Part shown: positions 10,959 through 21,900 of the stretch, piece by piece
Layout: each line of letters starts with the position of its first letter
Position numbering within the stretch: position 1 is the first letter of the stretch
NCBI GenBank assembly: GCA_965222115.1
Contig: CBDCTJ010000007.1
Coordinates: 736,001 to 800,000, forward strand
DNA from: Planctomycetota bacterium
GTDB lineage: Bacteria; Planctomycetota; PLA2; JAEUHO01
DNA length: 64,000 nucleotides
Direction of reading: 5' to 3'
The notes under the pieces: generated by a model
Database searches by the model: none
Told to the model about the DNA's origin: nothing
What the model saw: the letters and a program-made list of their open reading frames with translations, nothing else
Made by a program: the position numbers and the translations under genes

Positions 10959-11620
10959 TGCCGCGTTCCACACGGATCACCCTGCTGACGATTGCGGCCG
11001 TGGCCATCTTTGCGGCGCTGATTCCTCGATTGGCTGAGTCACGACTCCCGGGCGACAACCAGGGGTATTCCCCGGAGCAACCCATTGACTATTCTCACAG
11101 GTTGCACGCGGGCACACTCGGCATTGACTGTCTCTACTGTCATAGTGCTGCCGAACACGGTCGTCATGCCGGCATTCCTTCCGCCGACGTGTGCATGAAC
11201 TGCCATTCCTTCGTAACCGCGGCCTGGGACACCATTCAAAACGAGTCTGTGGTGGCCAAGAAAGAAGGACGCAAGCCTGAGGCCATCGTGTCGCCCGAGC
11301 TTGAGAAGCTCTACCGCGCCCTTGGGCTCAACCGTGACCGTGTGCGCGACGAATCACTGGAGCCTACGGCCATTGAATGGATGCAAGTCCACCGCTTGCC
11401 CGATTTTACCTACTTCGATCACAGCGTACATGTGCGTGCGGGCGTGAAGTGTCAAGATTGCCATGGCCCCGTCGAGAGCATGGAGCGCATGCGGCAACAT
11501 GAATCGCTCAGCATGGGGTGGTGTGTGGACTGCCATCGCGAAAACAACAAGGCGATAGAGGCGGACGGCAAGGATGAAAACCGCAAAGCATCTACGTCGT
11601 GTGCCGCGTGTCACTACTAG
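10958..11620 (+). CDS. actA: Alternative complex III pentahaem cytochrome c subunit ActA
   Basis: Start ATG overlaps the narK TAA (TAATG). N-terminal TM, PEQPIDYSHRLHAG, five CxxCH, LPDFTYFDHSVH and LSMGWCVDCH. Confidence 0.9.
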   Translation: MPRSTRITLLTIAAVAIFAALIPRLAESRLPGDNQGYSPEQPIDYSHRLHAGTLGIDCLYCHSAAEHGRHAGIPSADVCMNCHSFVTAAWDTIQNESVVAKKEGRKPEAIVSPELEKLYRALGLNRDRVRDESLEPTAIEWMQVHRLPDFTYFDHSVHVRAGVKCQDCHGPVESMERMRQHESLSMGWCVDCHRENNKAIEADGKDENRKASTSCAACHY

Positions 11621-11638
11621 GGAGCAAAGAGGTACCAC

Positions 11639-14600
11639 ATGTCGCTTCATGATCACGGATCCGACGCGCAGGAGCATGGGGCACTTGAGCGTGTTTCGTT
11701 GTCGGCGTCGCGACGCGATTTTCTAAAAGTCGCCGGATTTTCCGTTGCCACCGCGATGGTGTCGGGGTGTGGGCGCGGTGAAACGCATCGCGCGGTTCCC
11801 TTTCTCAAGAAGCCCGAAACCGTTACACCCGGTCAGTCGAGTTATTACGCCACGGGGTGTCGCGGGTGCGATGCCGGTTGCGGGCTCTTGGTCAAAGTGC
11901 GCGACGGACGTCCTATCAAGATCGAAGGCAACGATCTTCATCCGCTAAATGGCGGGCGCACGTGCGCCGTGGGCCAGGCGTCGATTCTTGGGCTCTACGA
12001 TTCGCACCGTTTGACAGCGCCGCACATGGAGAAGAAACCGTCCAACTGGAAGAACGTGGACGCCGCGATTCGCAGTGCGCTGGCCACCGCCAAGAGTTCG
12101 TCCGGTGCGGTACGTCTGGTTACGGGGTCGGTACAAAGTCCGTCACTGCAAGCCGCCATCGACGGCTTCCTCGCAACCACGGGTAACGGAAAGCACATTC
12201 AGGTTGACGGCTTGTCAAACGCGGCGATTGCCGATGCGCACGAAGCGCTCTACGGCACGCGTACGATTCCGCGCTATCACTTCGAACGGGCAACCGCCCT
12301 CGTTTCGCTCGATGCCGATTTCCTGGGGACCTGGCTCTCGCCGGTTGAATTTGCGCGTGGCTATCACGCGGCGCGCTCGCTTGAGCCGGGCACGTCGTTC
12401 TGCCACCACACACAATTTGAATCGCATATGTCGCTTACGGGTGGAAATGCCGATCGTCGTTTTCGCGTAACGCCGTCGGAGTTGCCGCTGGTGGCTGCTG
12501 CATTGGCGGAAGCCGTGGCCAAGGCCCGCGGGCAACGTGTGCCATGGGGCAAGGCGCCGAAATCGTCGCTCGCCGATGCCGATCTCGAAGCGGTTGCCAA
12601 GCGACTGTTGGACGCGCCGGCGGGCCGCGCGCTGGTCGTTTGTGGTTCGCAGGACGTGACGACGCAGAAGATCACGGCTTACCTCAATTACACGTTGGGT
12701 GCTACGGCCCCTGCCCATCGCGAGCGCACCATTGATCTGTCGGCACCGTCGCGTCAAGCGCTGGGTGATGATCGCGCATTTGATGAACTGCTTGGCGAAC
12801 TGCGCGACGGACGTGTTCGCGTGCTGATTTTCGCCGGCGCCAATCCGGTTTATACGCATCCAAAGGGAGACGAACTCGCGTCCTTGATGGAAAGGGTGCC
12901 CACCATCGTTTCCATGTCGGAGCGCATGGACGAAACCGCTACCCACGCCCACATCGTTTGTCCGCCGCCGCACTTTCTCTCCGCATGGTTCGATGCCGAA
13001 CCGGTGGCGGGACTGTTTACGCTGTCGCAACCCACGTTGGCATCGCTCGGTGATACGCGCCAAGTCATGGAGAGCCTGCTGGCATGGTCGGGGAGGACAG
13101 TGTCGGGGAAGGCAGTGTCGGCTTACGACCATGTACGTACGGTGTGGCGTGATCAAATTCATGCGCGTGCGAAGACGAGCGATTCGTTTGATGCGTGGTG
13201 GCACCAGGCACTTCACGATGGCTTTGCGACCGTCAAAGCAGGCGAGACAGGCACGCCAACATTCGCGCAAGATGCGCCCATCGCACTGAGCACGGCGGAA
13301 ACGGGTGACGGGCTCGCACTCGTGACCTACGAAAAGATTGCGATTCGAGACGGGCGTCACGCGCACAATCCATGGCTACAAGAGTTGCCCGATCCCATCA
13401 ATAAGACGTCGTGGCAAAACACAGCCGACGTTTCTCCGAGTACGGCCGCCAAGCTCGGTATCGCTGACGGCGACGTGGTTCGGTTGACATCCGGTGAACA
13501 CAACGTGTCGCTGCCTGCGCTTGTGCAACCCGGCATGGCGGATGACACGGTGGCCGTCGCGCTTGGGTACGGCGTGCTAGGCACTCACCGTTTTCATGAT
13601 GCAGGCCCCGACTGGATTCAAGCCACGCCCACGGTTGAAGACGGTGGCACGGTGGGCACGCGAATTGTATCGCTTCGCGGACCTGTTCGCGTGGAGCGTA
13701 CCGGCAACACTGTGCCGCTCGCGCGCACCCAGATCTACGATCGGCTTGAGGTCCCCAAGCACTTGGCGCCCAAGGGTGGCGAGACGCGACCGGTATATCA
13801 ATCAACGACCTACGACGAGTTCAAGGTCGATCCACACGCGGGCGCCCACCACGAGCACCCAATTGTCGATTTGTGGGATGAGGACCATCCCTACAAGGGA
13901 CATCATTGGGAGTTGGCGATTGATCTCACGTCGTGTACCGGCTGCTCGGCATGTGTGGTGGCGTGCCAGTCGGAGAACAACATTCCGGTCGTTGGGAAAG
14001 ACGAGATGATTCGTCAGCGCGAAATGCACTGGCTACGCATCGATCGCTACTTCCAAGGCGAAGATGACGACATGCGCATAGCGCATCAACCGATGATGTG
14101 CCAGCAATGCGATCACGCGCCGTGCGAAACCGTGTGTCCGGTACTCGCAACCGTACACGGTGAGGAAGGGCTCAACCAGCAGGCCTACAACCGCTGTGTC
14201 GGCACGCGGTATTGCTCCAACAACTGCCCCTACAAGGTGCGGCGCTTCAACTGGTTTGACTACGCGCACGACGACCAGCTTGAGAACATGTCGCTCAACC
14301 CCGACGTGACCGTCCGCTCGCGGGGCGTGATGGAAAAATGCACGTTCTGTGTGCAGCGCATTCAGGAACAAAAGGCCGTGGCGGCACGCGAAGGCGGGCG
14401 CCCGCTTCAGCGCGACGAGATTCAGACGGCGTGTATGCAAGTATGCCCCGTGGACGCCATCATCTTTGGCGATAGCAATGACAAGCAGAGCGCGGTTTCG
14501 AAACAAGCCGCCTCACCACGCGCCTACCGCGCGCTGGCCGAGCTCAATGTGCAGCCGTCGGTGTCGTACTTGCGCGATGTGAGAGACCGGGAGCCCGATG

Positions 14601-14644
14601 CCAAGCACGGTCACGCCGCGGAAGGAGGGACGCACCATGACTAG
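11639..14644 (+). CDS. actB: Alternative complex III subunit ActB (Tat-exported molybdopterin-oxidoreductase-like plus 4Fe-4S domain)
   Basis: Tat motif SRRDFLK then lipobox-like VSGC; [10 protein letters not shown]; C-terminal [37 protein letters not shown] and [10 protein letters not shown]. Confidence 0.93.
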   Translation: MSLHDHGSDAQEHGALERVSLSASRRDFLKVAGFSVATAMVSGCGRGETHRAVPFLKKPETVTPGQSSYYATGCRGCDAGCGLLVKVRDGRPIKIEGNDLHPLNGGRTCAVGQASILGLYDSHRLTAPHMEKKPSNWKNVDAAIRSALATAKSSSGAVRLVTGSVQSPSLQAAIDGFLATTGNGKHIQVDGLSNAAIADAHEALYGTRTIPRYHFERATALVSLDADFLGTWLSPVEFARGYHAARSLEPGTSFCHHTQFESHMSLTGGNADRRFRVTPSELPLVAAALAEAVAKARGQRVPWGKAPKSSLADADLEAVAKRLLDAPAGRALVVCGSQDVTTQKITAYLNYTLGATAPAHRERTIDLSAPSRQALGDDRAFDELLGELRDGRVRVLIFAGANPVYTHPKGDELASLMERVPTIVSMSERMDETATHAHIVCPPPHFLSAWFDAEPVAGLFTLSQPTLASLGDTRQVMESLLAWSGRTVSGKAVSAYDHVRTVWRDQIHARAKTSDSFDAWWHQALHDGFATVKAGETGTPTFAQDAPIALSTAETGDGLALVTYEKIAIRDGRHAHNPWLQELPDPINKTSWQNTADVSPSTAAKLGIADGDVVRLTSGEHNVSLPALVQPGMADDTVAVALGYGVLGTHRFHDAGPDWIQATPTVEDGGTVGTRIVSLRGPVRVERTGNTVPLARTQIYDRLEVPKHLAPKGGETRPVYQSTTYDEFKVDPHAGAHHEHPIVDLWDEDHPYKGHHWELAIDLTSCTGCSACVVACQSENNIPVVGKDEMIRQREMHWLRIDRYFQGEDDDMRIAHQPMMCQQCDHAPCETVCPVLATVHGEEGLNQQAYNRCVGTRYCSNNCPYKVRRFNWFDYAHDDQLENMSLNPDVTVRSRGVMEKCTFCVQRIQEQKAVAAREGGRPLQRDEIQTACMQVCPVDAIIFGDSNDKQSAVSKQAASPRAYRALAELNVQPSVSYLRDVRDREPDAKHGHAAEGGTHHD

Positions 14645-16016
14645 TCATGACTCTCCGCTGCGCGAACCGTTGGTGGATGGCAACAAGACGATCAGCGATG
14701 TGACGCGCGATATCTGCCGTCCGCTAGAAGGCAAGCCGACCAAGCTTTGGTACATCGGCATGGCGATTTCGCTCTCGGCGCTCGTCATCGGGTTGCTCTC
14801 CATCGGCTATCTCTTTGTGAAGGGCATTGGCACCTGGGGACTCAACCCCACGGTCGGCTGGGCCTTTGACATCACCAACTTCGTGTTCTGGGTGGGTATT
14901 GGCCACGCGGGCACGTTGATTTCGGCTGTCCTCTTGCTCTTCCGCCAACGCTGGCGCACGGGCGTAAACCGTTCGGCCGAGGCCATGACGATCTTTGCCG
15001 TCATGTGTGCCGGATTGTTCCCGTTGATTCACATGGGTCGCCCGTGGCTCGCGCATTGGGTATTTCCCTACGCCAACGATCGCGGTTCGTTGTGGGTGAA
15101 CTGGCGATCCCCGCTCCTGTGGGACGTATTCGCCATTGGCACCTACTTCATCATCTCGCTGGTGTTCTGGTACCTCGGACTCCTGCCCGACATCGCCACC
15201 TTGCGCGACCGGGCCAAGAGCGGAATGCGCAAGGTTTTATTGAAGATTGGAAGCCTTGGCTGGAACGGCTCCTCGCGCACCTGGCATCGATACGAGATCG
15301 TCGCGCTCTTGTTGGCCGGACTGGCCACACCGCTTGTGTTCTCCGTTCACACCATCGTGAGCTTTGATTTTGCGACGTCCGTGATTCCGGGGTGGCACAC
15401 AACCATTTTCCCGCCCTACTTTGTGGCGGGCGCCATCTTCTCCGGCCTCGCGATGGTGCTTACGCTGATGCTGGTGGCGCGCAAGGTGATGCGGCTTGAG
15501 AACTACATCACCAAGGTTCACGTGGGCGCCATGTGCAAGCTGATCGTGGGCACCGGCGGCATAGTGGCCATGGCGTATGCCACCGAGTTCTTCATTTCGT
15601 GGTATTCGGGCAACCCCTACGAGCAGTTCGTGTTTCTCAACCGCGCGCGCGGCCCCATGGCGTGGGCCTACTGGACCATGGTGATCTGCAACGTGGTCAC
15701 GCCGCAGCTCTTCTGGTTCAAGAAGGTGCGCGAAAATTTCGCGATTGTGTTCATTTGCTCCATCGCCATCAACATTGGCATGTGGTTTGAGCGCTTCGTC
15801 ATCATTACGACCTCGCTGCATCGCGATTTCCTGCCGTCCTCGTGGTCCTCCTACACACCCACGCTGATTGAGATCGCTACGTTTGTCGGAAGCTTCGGCC
15901 TGTTCTTTACGTGCTTCCTCCTGTTCTGTCGCTTCTTGCCCGTGGTCGCAATTGCGGAAGTCAAGAGCGTCCTGCATTACGGGCAACGGAAGAAGCCCGC
16001 GGAGGAAGAGGCATGA
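14637..16016 (+). CDS. actC: Alternative complex III subunit ActC (NrfD/PsrC family)
   Basis: [29 protein letters not shown] and [19 protein letters not shown]; start ATG 14637 follows GGAGG. Confidence 0.95.
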   Translation: MTSHDSPLREPLVDGNKTISDVTRDICRPLEGKPTKLWYIGMAISLSALVIGLLSIGYLFVKGIGTWGLNPTVGWAFDITNFVFWVGIGHAGTLISAVLLLFRQRWRTGVNRSAEAMTIFAVMCAGLFPLIHMGRPWLAHWVFPYANDRGSLWVNWRSPLLWDVFAIGTYFIISLVFWYLGLLPDIATLRDRAKSGMRKVLLKIGSLGWNGSSRTWHRYEIVALLLAGLATPLVFSVHTIVSFDFATSVIPGWHTTIFPPYFVAGAIFSGLAMVLTLMLVARKVMRLENYITKVHVGAMCKLIVGTGGIVAMAYATEFFISWYSGNPYEQFVFLNRARGPMAWAYWTMVICNVVTPQLFWFKKVRENFAIVFICSIAINIGMWFERFVIITTSLHRDFLPSSWSSYTPTLIEIATFVGSFGLFFTCFLLFCRFLPVVAIAEVKSVLHYGQRKKPAEEEA

Positions 16017-16537
16017 GTCGTCGCGTTTGGGGCACCTTCGAATCCGAAGACAACGTCATCCGCGCCACGCGCGCGCTGCGTGAGGAAGGCTACAAGATCG
16101 CGGATGTCTATTCGCCGTTTCCCATTCACGGCATCGATGAAGCGATGGGCATCAAGCGTTCCAAGCTCACGTGGGTGTGTTTCTTGGCCGGGTTGATCGG
16201 CGCCACGCTGGCCATCTACTTCCAATTTTGGACCTCGGCGGTGGACTGGCCCCTCAACGTGGGCGGCAAACCCTACAACTCCTTGCCCGCGTTCATTCCG
16301 ATTGCCTTTGAGATCACGATTCTGTTCGCGGGGTTGGGTGTGGTGGCCGCGTTGCTTATTCGTTGCGGCCTTTTACCGGGCAAACGCGCCGACCTCCCGC
16401 CCGCGGCGGTTACGGATGATGAAATCGTGATTTCCCTACGCCTAAAGTCGGCCCGTCACACGGTCGATGACGCGCGCGCATTGTTGATCAAGCACGGCGC
16501 AACCGATGTCAACGACGACGTGGAGGACGCGGCATGA
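16013..16537 (+). CDS. actD: Alternative complex III subunit ActD (DUF3341)
   Basis: [14 protein letters not shown] and [25 protein letters not shown]; ATGA overlap with actC. Confidence 0.93.
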   Translation: MSRRVWGTFESEDNVIRATRALREEGYKIADVYSPFPIHGIDEAMGIKRSKLTWVCFLAGLIGATLAIYFQFWTSAVDWPLNVGGKPYNSLPAFIPIAFEITILFAGLGVVAALLIRCGLLPGKRADLPPAAVTDDEIVISLRLKSARHTVDDARALLIKHGATDVNDDVEDAA

Positions 16538-17163
16538 ATCGCCCGCATCCTGTCGAGTTCTTGTTGGGTCTCTTGATTCTGGTCGGGATTGGCCTCCACG
16601 TGTTGGTGGGGTCGGACTACAGCAAGCGCAACTACGAGTTCATGCCCAACATGGTAGAGAACCCGGGATACGAGGCCCAGGACCCCAATCCCAACTTCAC
16701 CGACGGGCGAACCTTGCGACCGCCGGTGAAAGGAACGGTTGCGCGTGGGCATAAGCCGTTGATGCATGAGGGCGTCATGCTTGACGTCACCACCACCAAC
16801 TGGAAGAAGCTCAGCCCGGAGCAGCAGTCCGCCTGGGACGCACTGACGCCACACTACGCGTTTGATTCAATGTCGGCCAAGGATCAGGCACGCGCGCTAA
16901 AACGAGGGAAGGTCATCTTTGAATCCATCTGCGCCGCGTGCCACGGCGTGAGTGGCGACGGTCAAACGCCAGTGACGAAGCGCGGCATGCCGCCGCCGCC
17001 CACACTGATGAGTGACGACATGCGAGCACGAAGTGACGGTCGCATGTTTCGCACCATCACGGTGGGCGAAGGAAACATGGCGTCGCATGCGAATCAGGTA
17101 CGGAGAGACGAGCGATGGTTAGTCATTCACTACCTACGCAGCTTGCAACAGGCCAAGCAGTAG
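16534..17163 (+). CDS. actE: Alternative complex III monohaem cytochrome c subunit ActE
   Basis: PNM...YEAQ, RPPVKGTVARG, CAACH and ERWLVIHYLRSLQ. Confidence 0.9.
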   Translation: MNRPHPVEFLLGLLILVGIGLHVLVGSDYSKRNYEFMPNMVENPGYEAQDPNPNFTDGRTLRPPVKGTVARGHKPLMHEGVMLDVTTTNWKKLSPEQQSAWDALTPHYAFDSMSAKDQARALKRGKVIFESICAACHGVSGDGQTPVTKRGMPPPPTLMSDDMRARSDGRMFRTITVGEGNMASHANQVRRDERWLVIHYLRSLQQAKQ

Positions 17164-18323
17164 CGTCCACGTCCTCCGCCCCGCGCCTCGATCGCGGGCT
17201 GTTGGTGGTGGGCGTCATTGGACTTGCCATTGCGGCTCTGGGTTGGTTGCTCGACCGCGAGGCGGCGGCGGGTGCGTGGCTGGTTGCGGCCAACTACGGG
17301 TTGGGCCTTGGTATCGGCGCCCTGGCGTTTCTCGCGATCAGCCGCGTCATGGGCGCGGGTTGGCACGTGGCGTTTCGCCGTATACCGGAGGCGATGGCAG
17401 GCTCGCTGCCCTTGGCGGCCATCCTCATGTTCCTCGCCATTTTGCTGGCGCTGCCCGTATACGAGTGGAACCACAGTGACGTCGTGGCCAAGGACTCGCT
17501 GCTGCAGCACAAGTCGGCGTGGCTCAACGTCCCCGGCATTCTCATTCGCGCGGTCATTTGTTTAGCGGCGTGGTGCGTATTTGCCGCCCTTATGCGCCGT
17601 ACCTCACGCGAACAGGACAAAGGGGACGGCGAGGCGAAATCGTCATGCTTGCTCGTGCTCTCGGCGTCGTTCCTGGCGGTATTCGCGATTACATGGGCGG
17701 TGGCCAGTTTCGATTGGATCATGTCGCTGGAGCCGCATTGGTTCAGCACCGTCTACGCCATCTATACCTTTTCCAGTGCGTTGGTGTCGGCGATCGCCGT
17801 CATGATCATCGCCGCCATTTTGTTGGAGCGATGGGCGCCCATGCGCGGTGTCGTGCGTACGGAGCATCTTCACGACTTGGGCAAGCTACTCAAGGGCATG
17901 TGCACCTTCTGGGCCTACATCTGGTTCTGCCAATACATGTTGATCTGGTACAGCAACATTCCCGAGGAGACGACCTACTTTCTTCGCCGCACGACGCATG
18001 GCTGGACGGGCTTTGTACTGGCTTCGCTCGTGCTTATGTGGGTGGTGCCGTTCTTGGGTCTCTTGCCGCGACCCGCAAAACGAAATCGAACTCATCTTAT
18101 GCGCATTGCTTTGGCGGTGCTTGTTGGGCGCTGGATTGATCTCCACGTGTTGGTGATACCGGGCATCGCCCCCAAGTCGCCGTGGTCCTTGGGTTGGGAG
18201 ATTCCCGCAGTAATTGGCGTGGTGTCGCTGGTGTTGTGGGCGTCGGTGCGTGCTTTTGGATCAGCGCCAGCGGTGCCGACGGGCGATCCCTACCTCATGG
18301 AAAGCCAGGGATACAACGCGTAA
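17115..18323 (+). CDS. actF: Alternative complex III subunit ActF (start uncertain)
   Basis: DWIMSLEPHWFST, HLHDLGKL and QYMLIWYSNIPEE; multi-TM. Confidence 0.92.
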   Translation: MVSHSLPTQLATGQAVASTSSAPRLDRGLLVVGVIGLAIAALGWLLDREAAAGAWLVAANYGLGLGIGALAFLAISRVMGAGWHVAFRRIPEAMAGSLPLAAILMFLAILLALPVYEWNHSDVVAKDSLLQHKSAWLNVPGILIRAVICLAAWCVFAALMRRTSREQDKGDGEAKSSCLLVLSASFLAVFAITWAVASFDWIMSLEPHWFSTVYAIYTFSSALVSAIAVMIIAAILLERWAPMRGVVRTEHLHDLGKLLKGMCTFWAYIWFCQYMLIWYSNIPEETTYFLRRTTHGWTGFVLASLVLMWVVPFLGLLPRPAKRNRTHLMRIALAVLVGRWIDLHVLVIPGIAPKSPWSLGWEIPAVIGVVSLVLWASVRAFGSAPAVPTGDPYLMESQGYNA

Positions 18324-18326
18324 GCG

Positions 18327-18854
18327 ATGGATGTGGATCCGTTCTCAGAACTGGAACTCGATCACCGCCTGATCGAAGTCGTGCTCACCGCGTTGGAAGC
18401 GGCGCGTCCCGATACGGTGGATGCAGCCTTCTTTGTTGACGTTGTCGCGTTCGTGCGCGATTTCGCTGATGACGTACACCATCGTCACGAAGAGCGTTTG
18501 GCCTTCCCCGCCCTTGAAGCCGCAGGCGTATTGCGCCACATGGGCCCCATCGGCGTCATGCTTGCCGAACATGACGATGCGCGCGAGTTGATCTTACGAC
18601 TTGAGGGACTCTCGACCGCGGGCGAACTCGCTGCTGCTTGTGAAGCGGGGCGCGCGTACGCCGCGCTGATGCGCGATCACATCCGCAAAGAGGAGCAAGC
18701 GTTGTTCGTCATTGGACGTTCGGTACTTGGGGATGATGCCGCCGCCGAACTCAGCGACCGGATTGCCGTCGTAGGCAAGGCGCGCGTACTCCGGGCGTCC
18801 TTTCAGCGACAGGCCGATGCGATCGCCGCGCGGGTTGCGTCGTCCTCGGCATAG
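18327..18854 (+). CDS. Hemerythrin/HHE di-iron domain protein
   Basis: DHRLIE, HHRHEE..FP, GPIGVMLAEH and HIRKEE..LF motifs; 3 nt after actF. Confidence 0.85.
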   Translation: MDVDPFSELELDHRLIEVVLTALEAARPDTVDAAFFVDVVAFVRDFADDVHHRHEERLAFPALEAAGVLRHMGPIGVMLAEHDDARELILRLEGLSTAGELAAACEAGRAYAALMRDHIRKEEQALFVIGRSVLGDDAAAELSDRIAVVGKARVLRASFQRQADAIAARVASSSA

Positions 18855-18912
18855 CGAAAACCGCTCAAGCGCGTCGTGCGCGAATGAGGTCAACCGCGTA
18901 TCCTTTGGGTGA

Positions 18913-21900
18913 ATGAACACCCGTGTCGGCAACTATGAGCTGGGCGATGAACTGGGCGCTGGCGGTATGGGGTCCGTATTCCGCGCGACGCGCGTGGGAA
19001 CGGGTGACGAGGTGGCGATCAAGTTGCTTCGCGTTCCCTCGTCAAGTCGCGACGAGGCCATTGCCCGGTTTCAGCGCGAGATCGATGTAGGTCGGCAGGT
19101 ACAGCATGCCGGCGTCGTGTGGACGATCGATGCGGGCGAAGCCACGGTGGGCGGCGAGACGATGCATTACTTAGTAATGCCCTTCGTTCCCGGCAAGACA
19201 TTGCGCGCGGTATTGGATGCGTCGGGCGCACTTTCCGAGGGCATCTATCGCCACATGGCGCTCCACTTGGCCGACGCTCTTGCGGCCCTGCACAGCGCCG
19301 GCATCGTTCATCGCGATGTCAAACCCGAGAACATCATGGTCACACCCGACGATCGCGTGGTGTTGACCGATCTTGGTATTGCGCGCAGCATAAACGCACC
19401 GAGTGAGATGTCGCGCACAGGACAGTTCGTAGGATCACTAGCTTACGCCCCACCGGAAGCCTTCGAAGAGGACGCCACGCCAACTCCGGTGTTTGATGTT
19501 TGGGCGTTGGGCGTCGTGCTGTATGAAATGGCAACCGGCGCGCATCCCTTTTCGCGCGAAAGTATGGAAGGCACCTTACGGGCAGTCCTGCATGAGCAGT
19601 CCGCTCCGTTATCGACCCATGGCGTAGACGAGGCGCCATTCATCGAGGCACTCATGCGCCGGTGCCTGGACAAAAATGCCGCTCGACGTCCCCAGGACGG
19701 CCGCGCGGTGTTTGAGTTGCTTCGAAGCGGCGAAGGCTCCGCGTGGTGGCGACGTATGGCACGCGACGTGAAGATGTTGCAGCCATGGCAATCTACTTTA
19801 GATGTCGAACTGCCCTTTGTGGGTCGCGACGATGAACGTGCATTGATTCGAAGCGCAGCACATGATCGTCGAGGTCAAATCGTACTTGTTCGCGGTGAAG
19901 AAGGCGTTGGGCGCACCCGTCTTGTGCACGAGGCGCTCCGCGATATATCGAGCGTTGTCATCGGATACGTACGCGCCACGTCGAGGGATGCGTCGTCATG
20001 GTTGTCGCGTGTGCTTAGGGCGCACCGAGGCGATGACGAGATGGAAACGCTTGTTGCGCAGCACCTTGGTACCGGTCCCGTGGCGGACGCTTGCCGTGAC
20101 GCCCTCATTCATGCCGATGCGACGCACTGGCACGCCGCCGATCGCGGCAGTCTTATGAGCGTGTTGCTGACGGGGTTGAGGGAGCTGGCGCGTACCAAGC
20201 GACTCGTGCTCTGGATGGACGACCTGGACGGACTTGCGCCATCGGCGGGCGGCGAACTTGTTGAGCTGGCGCGCGCGGTCGAGACCCTTCCGGCACTGCT
20301 CATCCTTACAGGATCGCGAACCAAGGACGATGCCCTCGCGGCCATTGTGGACATCGACTATATGCGCGTCGTCGATCTGCTGCCACTAACCGAGCGCGGT
20401 GTGTGGTCCCTGCTGCGAACGCGATTCGGCCATGATCATATCGCCGATGACTTGGCGAACGTTGTGCATGCCCGCACCGGCGGTATGCCGGCCATGATCG
20501 CCAGCATGGTTGAGCGTCTAGAGAGCGACGGCTACGTGCGTAAGGATCGCAAGGGAGCGTGGTCCATCACGCGGTCGCGTCATGACATTGGGCGACTTCC
20601 TATTCCCACCTCGGCGCGTGATGTATGGAAGAACCGCGTGCGCCGGCTGTCGTCCGACGATCGTGAAGTGCTCGATGTTGCGGCGTGTATGAGTGATCCC
20701 ATTCGCCCGAAGATTGTCTCGGCCGTATTGGGTCAGCGAACGCTTGAAACGCTTCGGCGCCTTACGCGTCTCGAACGCGACCATCGATTGATTCACCACG
20801 AAGGCGCGAACTTCGTGTTTATTGGTCCGCTGGCCAAGGAGATTGTACGCGACGATATGCCTGAATCCCTGCGCGTCGCGTATCACGCCGCATTGGCGCA
20901 AGCGCTGGAGTCCGAAGACACCGAAGAGGCTGGCATCGGCGGAAAGCGTGCGCTTGAGCGTTGCGAGCAGTGGATGCAGGCGGGACGCCTGGACAAGGCA
21001 TTGCGTTATGCGCTGTCTGGCACCCGGTACCTCTTTGGGTGCGGCGAGCCTGAGCGCACCGCCGACCTTCGACGCGCGTTTCTCGAAAGCGACGACGCAT
21101 TGGATTTAGCCACGATTAGCGCGTTGGCGCTCCCGTGGTCGCACCAGTGCCTCGAAGCAGGCATTGAGCCCGATGTATCGCTGCTCGTGCCGTGGCTCGC
21201 GCGCGCGAACGAAGCCGGGAATGACCGAGCCCTTGGATTTCTTCACTGCGCCATGGGCGTGGCACTCTCCCGCTCCAAGAGAATGAGCGAGGCCGCACAA
21301 CACTTTCGAATCGCGCGCGAAATCGCCGCTCAATTGGACGACGATGAACTTGCGGCTCGCAGTGTTAGCACACACGCTCAGATGTGTGTTCATACCAACG
21401 AGTTCGATCTTGGGCTCTCGCTACTTCGTGAACATGAGCGCATCATGGAACGCTTCCCGCCTGAGAGGGACGGGCGCGCCATCAATCTTATCTCTCAGTC
21501 GGCGCTCTTGTCGTCGCGTGGACGTTTTGAGGAGAGTCTTCCGCTCGCTGAGGCGGCGCTCGAAAGTGCCCGTGAATATGGACTAGTCAAGATCGAGGCC
21601 GAGGCGCTGCGAGTGCTTGGGGCGATCTATGATCGTCACGCGCGCTGGGATGAGGCGGTGATTGTGACGAAACGAGCACTGGCGTTGGCGCGTCGCGGAC
21701 GGGCGCGCCACAACATCATGACGTCACATGCCAACCTCTCCGAGTTCCTGCTGTCCCTCGGGCAGTACGGTGCTGCCTGGACGCATATGCGGTCGGCACT
21801 GGATGTGCAGCGCGATGTAGGTGATCCACGTCCGGCGCTTCTATTCCATGTTATGGCGCTTCGGTTGGCAACAAGCATGGGCAACCGAGCGGAGTCGAGG

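Noticed and set aside
17115-17205. Possible start-codon defect or pseudogenisation of actF
   Set aside because: An in-frame ATG at 17115 with an upstream GGAG exists and the rest of the ORF is intact.
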